The translations under genes were made by a program, and so were the position numbers. From Oceanispirochaeta sp. (GTDB lineage Bacteria > Spirochaetota > Spirochaetia > DSM-2461): a DNA stretch of 64,000 bases. Position 1 is the first letter of the stretch. Each line of letters opens with the position of its first letter. The notes under the pieces were generated by a model that worked only from the letters and a program-made list of their open reading frames with translations, did not search any database and was not told the DNA's origin. This document shows, in pieces, positions 10,911 through 20,623 of the stretch. Where the stretch lies: the NCBI GenBank assembly GCA_963666275.2, contig CAXXOA010000002.1, forward strand, positions 1,920,001-1,984,000, written 5' to 3'.

Positions 10911-13153
10911 TAGGGAGAATTCCTCTCAAAGGCGATACTCCGCATCAGTATCTGATACTCTCCGTCTTTATCCCGATCATCCTGCCATACCACTCTGAAA
11001 GTCCCGTCTGAAACAATAAGATCCGGATGGATCTGATCTCCCGTGGAGTCAGTGTTGACTGCTCCCTCCTGAACTCTCCGGCCCTGGGGATCGAATACAT
11101 TGTAGAGGATTTCCGACTCTTCCCAGTGGGTTTTATCCATCTGCCAGGAGAGGATGACCATTCCTTCAGGACTGAATGCTATCCGGGGCGCCACCGAGGG
11201 GTAGAGCTGCTTCCCGGGGACCAGGTTCTGAATCCTGTTCCCTCTGGGATCATAGAGCCGGGCTTCCACGCGGCTTTTCCCGGTATCCAGGTTCTGCCAT
11301 GCCAGGGCGAGAAGCCCTTCCCGGGAGAGAGCCACCGAGGGATTCCGCAGTCTGGAGAGCCGTTCAGGGGAGAGTTCCTTCTCGCTGAAGGGATTTTCTC
11401 CGTAGGCTCTGGCATGGACAGTGAATCTCCTGTCTCTATTGACATCGTACTCCCAAACTATGACAGAAGTGTTCCCGTTGGATGCGATCTCCGGCCGGAT
11501 CTGCTGCCCTAATGAGGTCTGATTGACCTTCTCTTCCGGAACAATCGTCCGGCCCTGAGTAGAGAAAACCTTCCTGTAGATATTGTACATCCCATTGCTG
11601 TCCCGATCGTCCTGCCAGGCGACAGTTATCTGATCCGGCCCTGTGAAGGCCACCACTGGAGAGGACTGGTCTCCCCGGGAGGTTTCGTTGACCTGCAGAG
11701 GATCAGTGGCAGGGCTGCCGGAGTCGCTGAACAAGCGAAGGTATACATCTCCCGAACCGGAATCATCCTGTTCTTGCCAGGTGACCGCAAAGAATCCTTT
11801 CTCATCCATAGCCGCTTTGGGATTTATTGCCCCGAGCGACCCTTCAGGATTGACCGCAAAAGGAGGCTCCCAGAGCCCCCCCGGGGCAACTCTACTACTG
11901 AGGATCCGGCTCTCTCCATCCTTTTCAGACTGCCAGACAGCCACGGTATATCCTGCCCTGTTTCCGGCGGCAGAAGGGGTTCTGTTCTGGCCCTGCCATC
12001 CGGGGCTGAGGGTGAAATCCTTGTAGTCCTCCTGTAAAGGCAGAGATCCTTTTCCTTCGTAGAGGGATAGATTCAGAGTCAGCGGCTCCTGGCGATAGCT
12101 CTCCTGAAAGTTGAAACGGACTTTTCCCTTGCGGAAAATCTTTTTGAAATAGGGATCCTCCGGAGGAAGTATGGACACATCTTCGATAGAGATTTCAGTA
12201 TTGCCTTCCGGGGAGTTTCGGAAATGGAGCACCCGGAGCCACCCGTTGCCCAGCTCTTTCCCTTTGGCTGTTTCTTCCGACTGAAAGTCTGTGAGCAGCG
12301 CATGGACCGGAGCAAAGCCATCAGAACGGGATATCTCCCGGTGTCCCGAGCCGGCCACATGGCCGCTGAGAACCAGGAATATACTGCTGTGAAGATCCAG
12401 AAACTCTCTTACCAGATCTTCCCCCTCCAGTCCGGGCATATTGTAATGGTCTCCCCAGGAACGGATGCCGTTTCTGAGGGAATAGGGGGCCTCTTCGGGG
12501 ACATTGTCGATAAAGTTATGGGTCACCACGATGACCTTTCTGTCCGGATTCTCCCGGATAACCCGATCGGCCCAGTTCAGAACCTGTTTGCGGGGATTGA
12601 ACTCCAGACTGAGAATGAGAAAATCCTCTCCCCCGGCGGAAAAGGTCATATAGTTGCTAATGTTGTCTTCTGAATAGGAGCCGCCGTACCAGGGATGATC
12701 CGCATTATCAAAGCGCTCCCTGCCGAAGTACAGGGCATAATCGCTCTGTCTGTAAAAAACATTCTTCCGGATTTCTCTGAAAAACCCTTCGTCCCAGTAA
12801 TAGTCATGATTCCCCGTGGTCATGCTGTAGGGGATCTCAGCCTCATCCAGGATCCTGTGAGCCCTGTCGGCCACTTCCCACTCTCCCGGACTCTCCGGAT
12901 CCCGGCTGTTATGATCGGTCACATCTCCCAGGTGGATCACAAAGCGGATATCATAGGCCTCCCGGTTCTCCAGTATCCACCGGGCCTGTTTTTCATAGAG
13001 GTTGTACTTGCGGAATTCCTCTACCGTATAATTCTGGGTATCCGGCAGGAGCACCAGGGAGAACTCTCTGTCTTCTGGACTATCCTGAGCGGACAGGATG
13101 GGTGACAGGAATATCAAACATAGTATCAAAAACGGTATCTGTAAGGTTTTCAT
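10910..13153 (-). CDS. Secreted calcineurin-like metallophosphoesterase with C-terminal beta-repeat domain
   Basis: Signal peptide; DTQ, HLGD, GNHD, VTH, SGH motifs; C-terminal repeats of VN....GDQ..P.(V/I)A...(V/I).WQ. Confidence 0.82.
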   Translation of the reverse strand: MKTLQIPFLILCLIFLSPILSAQDSPEDREFSLVLLPDTQNYTVEEFRKYNLYEKQARWILENREAYDIRFVIHLGDVTDHNSRDPESPGEWEVADRAHRILDEAEIPYSMTTGNHDYYWDEGFFREIRKNVFYRQSDYALYFGRERFDNADHPWYGGSYSEDNISNYMTFSAGGEDFLILSLEFNPRKQVLNWADRVIRENPDRKVIVVTHNFIDNVPEEAPYSLRNGIRSWGDHYNMPGLEGEDLVREFLDLHSSIFLVLSGHVAGSGHREISRSDGFAPVHALLTDFQSEETAKGKELGNGWLRVLHFRNSPEGNTEISIEDVSILPPEDPYFKKIFRKGKVRFNFQESYRQEPLTLNLSLYEGKGSLPLQEDYKDFTLSPGWQGQNRTPSAAGNRAGYTVAVWQSEKDGESRILSSRVAPGGLWEPPFAVNPEGSLGAINPKAAMDEKGFFAVTWQEQDDSGSGDVYLRLFSDSGSPATDPLQVNETSRGDQSSPVVAFTGPDQITVAWQDDRDSNGMYNIYRKVFSTQGRTIVPEEKVNQTSLGQQIRPEIASNGNTSVIVWEYDVNRDRRFTVHARAYGENPFSEKELSPERLSRLRNPSVALSREGLLALAWQNLDTGKSRVEARLYDPRGNRIQNLVPGKQLYPSVAPRIAFSPEGMVILSWQMDKTHWEESEILYNVFDPQGRRVQEGAVNTDSTGDQIHPDLIVSDGTFRVVWQDDRDKDGEYQILMRSIAFERNSP

Positions 13154-13243
13154 TATTTTTTTGGTGCTCCCCCTGGATGGATATAAGTATAACAGCCGGA
13201 TAGCCCGGGAGATACTGTCTTTTTGATTGGAAGGTTTTTGTTA

Positions 13244-13372
13244 TCCCCTTCGGCACTACGTCTACGCTCAATACAGGCTTTGCTCAGGGACCGAGAGGGC
13301 TGGTCGGAAGCAAGCTTCCTGCTCGCCTATACAACCCTCACCCCCGGCCCCTCTCCCATGAGGCGAGGGGGG
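13244..13372 (+). repeat. Composite REP cluster
   Basis: CCCTTCG..GCTCAGGG unit + GGGCTGGTCGGAAGCAAGCTTCCTGCTCGCCTAT unit + ACCCTCACCCCCGGCCCCTCTCCC..GAGGGG unit, each found elsewhere in the window. Confidence 0.8.
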
Positions 13373-13431
13373 AAAGTTATTATTGATTTGATTACGAGAT
13401 GGCTTTAGTGGTTTAAAGTATATTTTTATAA

Positions 13432-13782
13432 TTATAAAAAGTTGAATAGGCTGATAAGTGCTGTTAACAGGGTAAAAAGGATTCCCATGGTCCACTGCTG
13501 ATGGGAAAAGCGTTTGTCCATATAGGACTGCAAATCTTCAAATCGCTTATCCATGGTTTCAAACCGTTTTTCCATAGAAACAAAACCCTGTCTGGTCAGT
13601 TCTATCTGGTTTTTCAAGCCTTCTTCTACACGGACCATTCGTTCTATCAGTTCTGTGTCTTTTGTCACATTTTGAGGCGGAAATGGAAAAATATTTTGTT
13701 CTCTTATCCATTCGCCAATGTGTGTTTTGACATAATCGCCAATCTGTTCCAGTTGATTCTCATCCACCTGTGGCACTCCCAT
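13432..13782 (-). CDS. Small coiled-coil protein with C-terminal membrane anchor, paralog 2
   Basis: N-terminus MGVPQVDENQLEQIGDYVKTHIGEWIREQNI is nearly the same as in 7350-7727; MEKRF/MDKRF repeats; TM tail. Confidence 0.75.
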   Translation of the reverse strand: MGVPQVDENQLEQIGDYVKTHIGEWIREQNIFPFPPQNVTKDTELIERMVRVEEGLKNQIELTRQGFVSMEKRFETMDKRFEDLQSYMDKRFSHQQWTMGILFTLLTALISLFNFL

Positions 13783-13897
13783 CTCTTTACTCCTAGTATA
13801 CTGTGTTTTAATGCTCTTTACAGGGGGAAATGCTGAGTTGCTTCAATTATCCGGAAGAAACCGTCTTTTGAATGTATGATTATAAAGAAGGTAGAGT

Positions 13898-14989
13898 ATG
13901 ATCCGTATTTTTCCTAAAATGGTCCTGTTTTCTGTAATTTCTTTTATCTTTCTTTCCTGTTCCTTTTCTTCAGATGACCATCATTCCTATTCGACTAAGT
14001 ACAGAAATACAATCCTGATCATTGCTGACGGTATGGGCCCGGAACAGGTAAAGGCGGCGGGGTATTTTCAGTATGGACAGACCGGGCAGCTCAGTTTTGA
14101 AACCTTTCCCTATCAGACCGTTATGACAACCTACTCCCTGGATTCTTCTGTTACAGATTCGGCGGCAGCCGCCACGGCCATGGCTACGGGGCGTAAGGTT
14201 CAGAACGGTGTGCTCAGCCAGGAACCGGGAACACTGGAAGATCTGCCCACCATTCTGGAGATCGCTTCGGAGGAGGGCAAATTGACCGGTCTGGTAACCA
14301 CAACCCTTTCGGTCCATGCCACTCCCGCAGCCTTCGCCTCCCATGTGATGTACCGCTACGACTACGATGAGATCGCCCGGCAGCTTATGGAGGAGAGCCG
14401 ACCCGATGTGATTTTAGGAGGAGGCTACGAGGGGCTTTCATCCGCCGTCGCCCGCTACCATGGGTATAGGGCTGTGGAGGATCTTGCGGAACTTCAGAAT
14501 CTGAAATACACCGAAGGGGTCAGGTACTTCGGTTACTTCGGAACGGGTTATATGCCCTATATGTACGACGGGGTGGGGAACCTTCCGGAACTCTCGGATA
14601 TGGCATTAAAGGCTCTGGAACTCCTGGTTCAGGGGTCAAAGGGCTTCTTTCTGATGATCGAGGCCGGGCGGATAGATCATGCGGGCCATGAGAATGACCT
14701 GAAACGGAACATTTATGAAGTTCTGGAGCTTTCCGATACGGTGGAAAAGGTGGCCGCCTGGGCTGCAGGGCGGGAGGATACAATAATTATTGTTACGGCC
14801 GATCATGAAACCGGCGGGTTGAAGGTGCTGCAGAATAAGGGCGCCGGAACACTGCCTGACGTGTCCTGGAGCACAGTAGGCCATACCGGGGTGGATGTGC
14901 CTGTGTATATTATGGGGACGGATGCGGAGAAACTGGTGGATCAGATTGAGGATAATCGGGATATTTTTTATAGCCTGGTGGGGGAGTAG
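13898..14989 (+). CDS. Alkaline phosphatase (PhoA family, lipoprotein)
   Basis: Lipobox IFLSC; IADGMG, VTDSAAAATA (catalytic Ser), HATPAAF, EAGRIDHAGH, ADHETGG, GHT. Confidence 0.92.
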   Translation: MIRIFPKMVLFSVISFIFLSCSFSSDDHHSYSTKYRNTILIIADGMGPEQVKAAGYFQYGQTGQLSFETFPYQTVMTTYSLDSSVTDSAAAATAMATGRKVQNGVLSQEPGTLEDLPTILEIASEEGKLTGLVTTTLSVHATPAAFASHVMYRYDYDEIARQLMEESRPDVILGGGYEGLSSAVARYHGYRAVEDLAELQNLKYTEGVRYFGYFGTGYMPYMYDGVGNLPELSDMALKALELLVQGSKGFFLMIEAGRIDHAGHENDLKRNIYEVLELSDTVEKVAAWAAGREDTIIIVTADHETGGLKVLQNKGAGTLPDVSWSTVGHTGVDVPVYIMGTDAEKLVDQIEDNRDIFYSLVGE

Positions 14990-15006
14990 CCCTCATATCT
15001 GTATTT

Positions 15007-15246
15007 CCTCTCCTCTGGTTTTTCCGACCCTCACCCCCGCCCCCTCTCCTCTGGTTGCATAGGCGAGCAGGAAGCTTGCTTCCGACCAGCCCACAAGGAG
15101 AGGGGAGCATTTAAGACAGTAGGGTGAGGCCCCCCCTTCGACTCCGCTCAGGGACCATGAGAATATCGCATTTTTTGATAATCTGGATGTTTTATGGGTG
15201 AGGTTTAAATACCTCCCCCTGACCCCCTCCAGAGGAGGGGGTATTT
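15007..15246. repeat. Composite/nested REP cluster
   Basis: CCCCTCTCCT...AGGAGAGGGG stem with the GGAAGCTTGCTTCC unit in its loop; CCCTTCGACTCCGCTCAGGG; AAATACC..CCCCCTCCAGAGGAGGGGGTATTT. Confidence 0.8.
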
Positions 15247-15390
15247 TGGCTTTCCTGAACGGATGATTGTTAGCGGCGTCGATGGGTGTTGACAGGAGGA
15301 TTCCGGGTATTATATGAAGGGGAGGAGTCAATCTCTCTGTTACATTTTGGCGGTATTCCGTCTGGTCTGCGGAGGAAAGAAGGTAATTGT

Positions 15391-15891
15391 ATGAGTGATA
15401 ATGCCCCCATTCTGGCGGATATTGACAAAGGTGAGCCCTTTGCGTTTCGTCTGGTTCGTTCTGTATATAAAGATACCCAGTTTGTCTGTGTTCCCGGTAA
15501 TGTGTGTGATAACCCGGCCTGTTCCTGCAGGGATCTGGGGATGGCTGTGTACTTCTACCCCGAAAAAGGGGAAGAGCTGGCGGGGCCGCCGATTTATACC
15601 TTTCTGCTGGATTTGACTAACCGGAGTCTGCAGGAACGTTACGAGATGACTGCAGAATCCCGGGAGTTTGGACTCTCCTTTTTGAATCATTCTGGCGAGG
15701 ACCACTGGGTTCTTTATGATAAGGCTCATGATTTTCTGAAAGCCGAGGCCATACGGTTCAAGAAGCAGTGTACCGGGACGGAAGCGACTATTGCCGGCCA
15801 GATGGTTCCTCTGCATGATGGAAAGGCCGGTCGGAACGAGCCCTGTCCCTGCGGGAGCGGGAAGAAGTTTAAGAACTGCTGCGGGAAGTGA
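15391..15891 (+). CDS. SEC-C motif protein
   Basis: C-terminal GRNEPCPCGSGKKFKNCC; internal CDNPACSC; ATG at 15391 after a purine-rich RBS. Confidence 0.85.
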   Translation: MSDNAPILADIDKGEPFAFRLVRSVYKDTQFVCVPGNVCDNPACSCRDLGMAVYFYPEKGEELAGPPIYTFLLDLTNRSLQERYEMTAESREFGLSFLNHSGEDHWVLYDKAHDFLKAEAIRFKKQCTGTEATIAGQMVPLHDGKAGRNEPCPCGSGKKFKNCCGK

Positions 15892-16088
15892 TTTTGTTCA
15901 TCCTTCCCTTATAGACGCTGAGTTGTATTTAAACTCATATTTTTAATGATTTCCTCTTGTTCATTCTACTACGCTCTGGCAAATGGGCTTTTAAAAAACT
16001 ATTTTACAGAAAATTGAGTTTCCCCGGATATTTCCTGTGTGATAGGTTTGTAGGAACTACTATCCCATGAGATATTTAAAAGGAATTA

Positions 16089-17318
16089 TTGTTAAAAAGG
16101 ATGGCCCCAATGAAGCAATTTGAAGAGTATAGAGAGTTGAGCCTGGATTTTACAGATCATCTGGAGCACCTGGAACAGACTGTGATCAACTGGGGAGTGC
16201 GGAAATATAAAGCTGATAAGGTTTTTGCCCGGGAACAGGGGGCATTTATGGACCTCTTCGAGCCCTTCCCCCGAGGGTATCAGGCTTCCATGGTTATTAC
16301 CTGGATGTTCTGCCGGGTTCTTATGGATCCCGATAAGCTTGCCAAGTTCGCCAGGGCCTCCAAAGAAACCCTCTTTCCCCGGCAGAATCATTTCCTGAAA
16401 ATCTGGAAAAAAGAGATCCCCTTCTGGAGTCTGTTTACACTGGAAGAAAGGCTTGATAAGGATCTTTTCCGTATCCGGGACTATTTCGGTAACCGGGATC
16501 TGACAATCTGCTCTTCTTCTCTGGAGAATCTACTGAAAGAGGATGATATCCAATTGAAAGTTACCCCTGTGATCTGCGCTCTTTTTCCTCTATCCGAGGA
16601 TCTGGTTGTTTCTTACGGTATTATCAGGCGGTACAAATGCTGCCGGGCAGTGGATATCATTCATCTCTATTATTTTATGTCCGAAGAGCTGGGCTGGTGC
16701 GACAGTTTTACTTTATTTGTTCTCAAATATTATTCCCGGTTTTTTCAGATGGATCAGAGGATGGAAGCTCCCATGGTGTTTCACAAAAACACTCTTATGG
16801 AAAAGGTCTTCCGGGAAGTGTCCCTTTCAGATTTTGAACCGGAAATGCTGAATGATGCAATGGATACTCTGGTTCGGGAGCCGTTTGTAAAGTTTACCCC
16901 CAAAGGGCAGGAGGATTTTCCCTTCAGTGAAATTCTCTGGAACCGGGAGAGCCAGACGCTTCTGATCCAGTCTATGTCCCGGGAAGGGTATGATGAACTG
17001 GTTTCGCATCTGGTCAGTTTCCCCAGGGTAAAGGAGCCGTTGCTGCAGCTCTCATATACCCTTTATTCGGCGGTCAACGAATATATGGATCTGGATCTGC
17101 CGGATCAGTACTGGACGGGATTATTCAGTCAGGAAGAGGCCGATGAGTCTCCTGAACTGGCCGATATGAACACTCTGCTGGGAGAAGCCATGGAGGCTTT
17201 GAACAACAATGAGGATTTTGATTTCCAGGCCAGAGGCCGGGAGCTGGGTATGCCCGATGAGAATATCAAAAGCGCTCGGGATGTGGTGGCCCGGCTGGAG
17301 AAGAAACTGAATAATTAA
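16089..17318 (+). CDS. Hypothetical protein
   Basis: 409-aa ORF with host-like codon use and AGGA RBS; no recognised motif. Confidence 0.75.
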   Translation: MLKRMAPMKQFEEYRELSLDFTDHLEHLEQTVINWGVRKYKADKVFAREQGAFMDLFEPFPRGYQASMVITWMFCRVLMDPDKLAKFARASKETLFPRQNHFLKIWKKEIPFWSLFTLEERLDKDLFRIRDYFGNRDLTICSSSLENLLKEDDIQLKVTPVICALFPLSEDLVVSYGIIRRYKCCRAVDIIHLYYFMSEELGWCDSFTLFVLKYYSRFFQMDQRMEAPMVFHKNTLMEKVFREVSLSDFEPEMLNDAMDTLVREPFVKFTPKGQEDFPFSEILWNRESQTLLIQSMSREGYDELVSHLVSFPRVKEPLLQLSYTLYSAVNEYMDLDLPDQYWTGLFSQEEADESPELADMNTLLGEAMEALNNNEDFDFQARGRELGMPDENIKSARDVVARLEKKLNN

Positions 17319-17343
17319 TAGTGAATCTCTATGGAAAAGGGAA

Positions 17344-17757
17344 TTAGGGAATCAATGTCAGTAGAGCTTTTTGATAGTCTCTGAAATTTTTCAGTTTCTC
17401 TGTAAGAATTGTCCAGACAATTTTCCAGTCTATGCTGCGGTATTCATGAACCGCAATGTTACGGAACCCCACGGCACCAATCAGATCTTTTGCCAGAGAT
17501 GAAGAAATTATGCCATTTTGTTCCAGAGCCGTAAAAACTTCAGCCATGGTATTGATTCTGCTTTGTCCGTAATCCACCAGCACATGGAGCCCTGCGTCTA
17601 CAGACTGCTGAACAGCCCGTTCCAGGTTGAGAATGATAATATCCTGAATGTCGATGTCTTCTTCCAGCCGGGAGTAATCAAGAGGCTTTTTTTCTTCCAG
17701 GCGCTTAAGGCAACGGCCCAGGGATTCCAGTTTTGCCAGGAGTATTTCAGGTTCCAT
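17344..17757 (-). CDS. hepT: HepT-like HEPN ribonuclease toxin (DUF86)
   Basis: RNIAVHEY (RX4HXY) motif; overlaps the upstream MNT gene. Confidence 0.9.
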   Translation of the reverse strand: MEPEILLAKLESLGRCLKRLEEKKPLDYSRLEEDIDIQDIIILNLERAVQQSVDAGLHVLVDYGQSRINTMAEVFTALEQNGIISSSLAKDLIGAVGFRNIAVHEYRSIDWKIVWTILTEKLKNFRDYQKALLTLIP

Positions 17758-18148
17758 GGAGGCTTTTCTCAATCCTTTTTTTCTGCATTTCCATCAATTG
17801 GGGCATAAAATCCGTGCGGAAGTCTATAGCTTTAATCAAGTGTTCCGCCAGTTCCCGGGAATTCCCTTTTATCCTGATACCCTTTGTCAAAATCTTATAG
17901 TGGATGACTCCTTCCGCTTTGTTCAGATCTATCAGGTCTATATCCCTTGTCAGCAGGATCTGGAGTTCTGCTGACATATTCAGAATAGTCCTGGAATCCA
18001 GTTCTTTAAAGGAGATAATCGCAATGTCAATATCACTGGCCGGGCCGAGAGCATCTTCTGCTGCGGATCCGAAGAGTAAGACTGAGGTTATGTCTTCTTT
18101 TGGGCTGAAGTAGCTTGTCAGGTGTTTGATAATCCGCTGCCGGTTCAT
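17747..18148 (-). CDS. mntA: MntA-like minimal nucleotidyltransferase antitoxin
   Basis: LFGS-X10-DID (GSAAEDALGPASDIDI) plus third Asp in IDLIDL; paired with HEPN. Confidence 0.9.
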   Translation of the reverse strand: MNRQRIIKHLTSYFSPKEDITSVLLFGSAAEDALGPASDIDIAIISFKELDSRTILNMSAELQILLTRDIDLIDLNKAEGVIHYKILTKGIRIKGNSRELAEHLIKAIDFRTDFMPQLMEMQKKRIEKSLHGT

Positions 18149-18569
18149 AGTGGTATTTTACAGGGGTTTTTCTGTTTCGTGAAGTGTAGTTTTCTCTTCC
18201 TGAATATCTGATGGAATAGGTTGAATGCAATTTGTTCAATCTATGAACATTTATTTGAAAAAAACCCTTCTTTTAAGTTGTGAAAGCCCTTTTTTTGTGA
18301 TATGTTCATTAACTGAACAAAGAGAGCAGAGGTTGTTTTTCTTTTCTGTCTGTGTTTCGGCCGGCAGATCAGGATGTTCTCTATAGAGGTGTGAATTGTC
18401 CCATATCCGGTGGAATGGGTAAGGGAGATTTTGCGCTGCTCTGTGGAATTTAATGAACCTTGAAATAGTTTCCACTCGTTTGGTTCAAGGATTTTATAGT
18501 ATTCTAACCTTCGCTTTTTTAATTAAACTTATATTTTTCTTTTCTTCGCTAGTATCAAAACATAATAAA

Positions 18570-18623
18570 ATGAACAAAGAATTAATCATACTTGAGCAGA
18601 TACAAAATAATCCTCATTTTAAC
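18570..18623 (+). pseudogene. 5' fragment of wHTH regulator (copy A), truncated by a REP
   Basis: MNKELIILEQIQNNPH matches the start of 18668-19207, then runs into a CCCTCTCCCCCGGCCCCTCTCCC REP. Confidence 0.85.
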
Positions 18624-18658
18624 CCTCTCCCCCGGCCCCTCTCCCAGAGGGCGAGGGG
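18621..18658 (+). repeat. CCCTC-type REP
   Basis: AACCCTCTCCCCCGGCCCCTCTCCCAGAGGGCGAGGGG. Confidence 0.85.
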
Positions 18659-18667
18659 TGTGTAGTT

Positions 18668-19207
18668 ATGGATAAAGAACTGATTATTCTTGAACAAATT
18701 CAAAACAATCCTCATGTTAACCAGAGGGACCTGGCTACGGTTACTAAGGCGTCCCTTGGGATGACTAATGCTATTCTGAAGCGGTTTGCTGAGAAAGGGC
18801 TGATTACGATTAAGAAGATAAATAATCGGAATATCCGTTATGCTTTGACGGCGGAAGGGATGGAAGAGATTAATCGGCGGTCCTGGGGGTATTTTAAACG
18901 GACTATTAAGAATGTGGTGGATTATAAAGATGCTATCAGTGAAGTGATACGTCAGGCTAAAGAAAACGGATATAAAGGTATCCAGTTGGTTGGCTCCAGT
19001 GATTTTGATTTTATTGTGGAACATCAGTGTTACAAAATCGGTATTGATTTTAAATGTATAGAAGGTTTTGAAGACTCTGCTTCGGACGGTGGTATTCTGC
19101 ATGGAACTGAAGGCTGGTATAGCTTTGTTGCGGAAACCTTGGATACCAGGTCGTTTCAAGAAGAACAATCCGATGAGTTTTATCTGAAACGACTCATTTT
19201 GGGATAG
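18668..19207 (+). CDS. Winged-helix (MarR-like, EPS-associated) transcriptional regulator, intact copy B
   Basis: QRDLA...ASLGMTNAILKRFAEKGLI...YALT.EG wHTH; upstream of the polysaccharide locus. Confidence 0.88.
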   Translation: MDKELIILEQIQNNPHVNQRDLATVTKASLGMTNAILKRFAEKGLITIKKINNRNIRYALTAEGMEEINRRSWGYFKRTIKNVVDYKDAISEVIRQAKENGYKGIQLVGSSDFDFIVEHQCYKIGIDFKCIEGFEDSASDGGILHGTEGWYSFVAETLDTRSFQEEQSDEFYLKRLILG

Positions 19208-19249
19208 ATTCCTGATTCTTATGAATTAGAATTATATCAGAGGTAGTTT

Positions 19250-19486
19250 ATGCATACTTTGAAGATTAAAGTTAAAGACAGCGTTTATGATAAAGTTCAG
19301 TATTTTCTTGAGAATTTACCCAAGGATGATGTTGAGGTTGTCTCTGATGATATAGTTTCTGATTCCAGCGAGAGTATTGCAACGACTGGTTATGGAAAAG
19401 CATTTATTAAAAAGTGGTCTGGAATCATTTCTGAAGACAGCGTTGATTTTTCCAGAATTGATTATTTGTCAGAAAAATATAAGTGA
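19250..19486 (+). CDS. Putative VapB-like antitoxin
   Basis: 78 aa; TGA stop overlaps the ATG of the PIN gene; C-terminal YLSEKYK typical of antitoxins of this PIN class. Confidence 0.7.
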   Translation: MHTLKIKVKDSVYDKVQYFLENLPKDDVEVVSDDIVSDSSESIATTGYGKAFIKKWSGIISEDSVDFSRIDYLSEKYK

Positions 19487-19893
19487 TGAGAGTCCTTTTT
19501 GATACGAATATAATCCTGGATGTTCTGTTAAAACGGAAAGCATTTTATGATGACTCATGCAGGTTGTTTGAACTAGTTGATTGTGGGAGTTTTGAGGCTT
19601 ATTGTACTGCCAGTTCAGTTACAGACTTGTTTTATATTGTAAGAAAAGAAGTCGGACGGGATAAGACTGTTTTAATGTTGAAAGATTTGGTTCAGGTGGT
19701 ACCGGTTGTCGCTGTTGATCAAAATGTTGTAAATGAGGCTCTAGAATCGGATTTGAAAGACCTTGAAGATGCGGTTCAAACATTTTCTGCAATAAGAAAT
19801 GGGCTGGACTTTATTATCACACGAAATAAAAAAGATTTTAAAGGTGTTGATTTAGCTGTTTTAACACCGGAAGAAGTTTTGAATAATAAATAA
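19486..19893 (+). CDS. PIN-domain (VapC-like) toxin
   Basis: FDTNIILD, DLEDAVQ, IITRNKKDF. Confidence 0.9.
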   Translation: MRVLFDTNIILDVLLKRKAFYDDSCRLFELVDCGSFEAYCTASSVTDLFYIVRKEVGRDKTVLMLKDLVQVVPVVAVDQNVVNEALESDLKDLEDAVQTFSAIRNGLDFIITRNKKDFKGVDLAVLTPEEVLNNK

Positions 19894-19903
19894 TCCTCAT
19901 GTT

Positions 19904-19946
19904 AACCCTCACCCCCTCAATCCCCCTCTCCCAGGAGGAGAAGGGG
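19904..19946 (+). repeat. CCCTC-type REP preceded by a 19-bp regulator-gene fragment (19888-19906)
   Basis: AAATAATCCTCATGTTAAC-CCTCACCCCCTCAATCCCCCTCTCCC...GAAGGGG. Confidence 0.8.
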
Positions 19947-20108
19947 AGGAATGTAGAGGATTCTTTTGACATGGATAAAGAACTGATTATTCTTGAGCAG
20001 ATACAAAATAATCCTCATGTTAATCAAAGGGATCTGGCTACTGTTACTAGAGCATATTTGGGTATGGCCAATGCGATTTTGAAGCGGTTTGCTGAGAAAG
20101 GGCTGATT

Positions 20109-20336
20109 CGGCCTTTGCTCGCAATTTATTGCGGGCAAGTCAAACGTGCCGCATTGCGGCGACCTATACCGAACAAGGTTCTCTGAGCTTGCTCAGAGGT
20201 TCTTATACGGCCTTTGCTCGCTAGCGAGCATAGCATAAATGCCACGATAGTGGCGACCTCGAGATCGTTCCTCACTTCGTTCCGGTACGACTCGGACTCG
20301 AACAAGGTTCTTCGAGCTTGCTCGAAGGTTCTTATT
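20109..20336 (+). mobile_element. Two tandem structured mini-elements (99 nt + 129 nt)
   Basis: Absent from intact copy B; each CGGC-hairpin-hairpin-CGAAC-hairpin-GTTCTTAT(A/T); inserted after ATT. Confidence 0.8.
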
Positions 20337-20424
20337 ACTATCAAGAAGATTAATAATCGGAATATCCGCTATGCTTTGACGGCGAAAGGGATGGAAGAGA
20401 TTAATCAGCGGTCCTGGGGATATT

Positions 20425-20623
20425 CGGCTTTGCTCTCAATTTATTGTGAGCAAGTCATATGTGCCGCAAAGCGGCGACCACTACCGAACAAGGTTCTTCA
20501 AGCTTGCTTGAAGGTTCTTATTCGGCTTTTGCAGACTATTTATAGTTTGCAATTGTTATGAGTCGCTTAAGCGACCTCCTTAACCGAACATCAGGAATCC
20601 ATAATTATTGGATTCCTGATATT
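20425..20623 (+). mobile_element. Two tandem structured mini-elements (98 nt + 101 nt)
   Basis: Absent from copy B; same architecture; inserted after TATT, each ending in TATT. Confidence 0.8.

Noticed and set aside
13223..15331. Short ORFs sharing GWSEASFLLAY
   Set aside because: These are translations of the same REP unit, not a protein family.
18251..18475. 74-aa minus-strand ORF upstream of mntA
   Set aside because: No RBS or recognisable motif; it may be a gene remnant but cannot be supported.
19899..20561. ORFs 19899-20186 and 20214-20561 as real proteins
   Set aside because: They are chimeras of regulator pseudogene pieces with REP or mini-element sequence.
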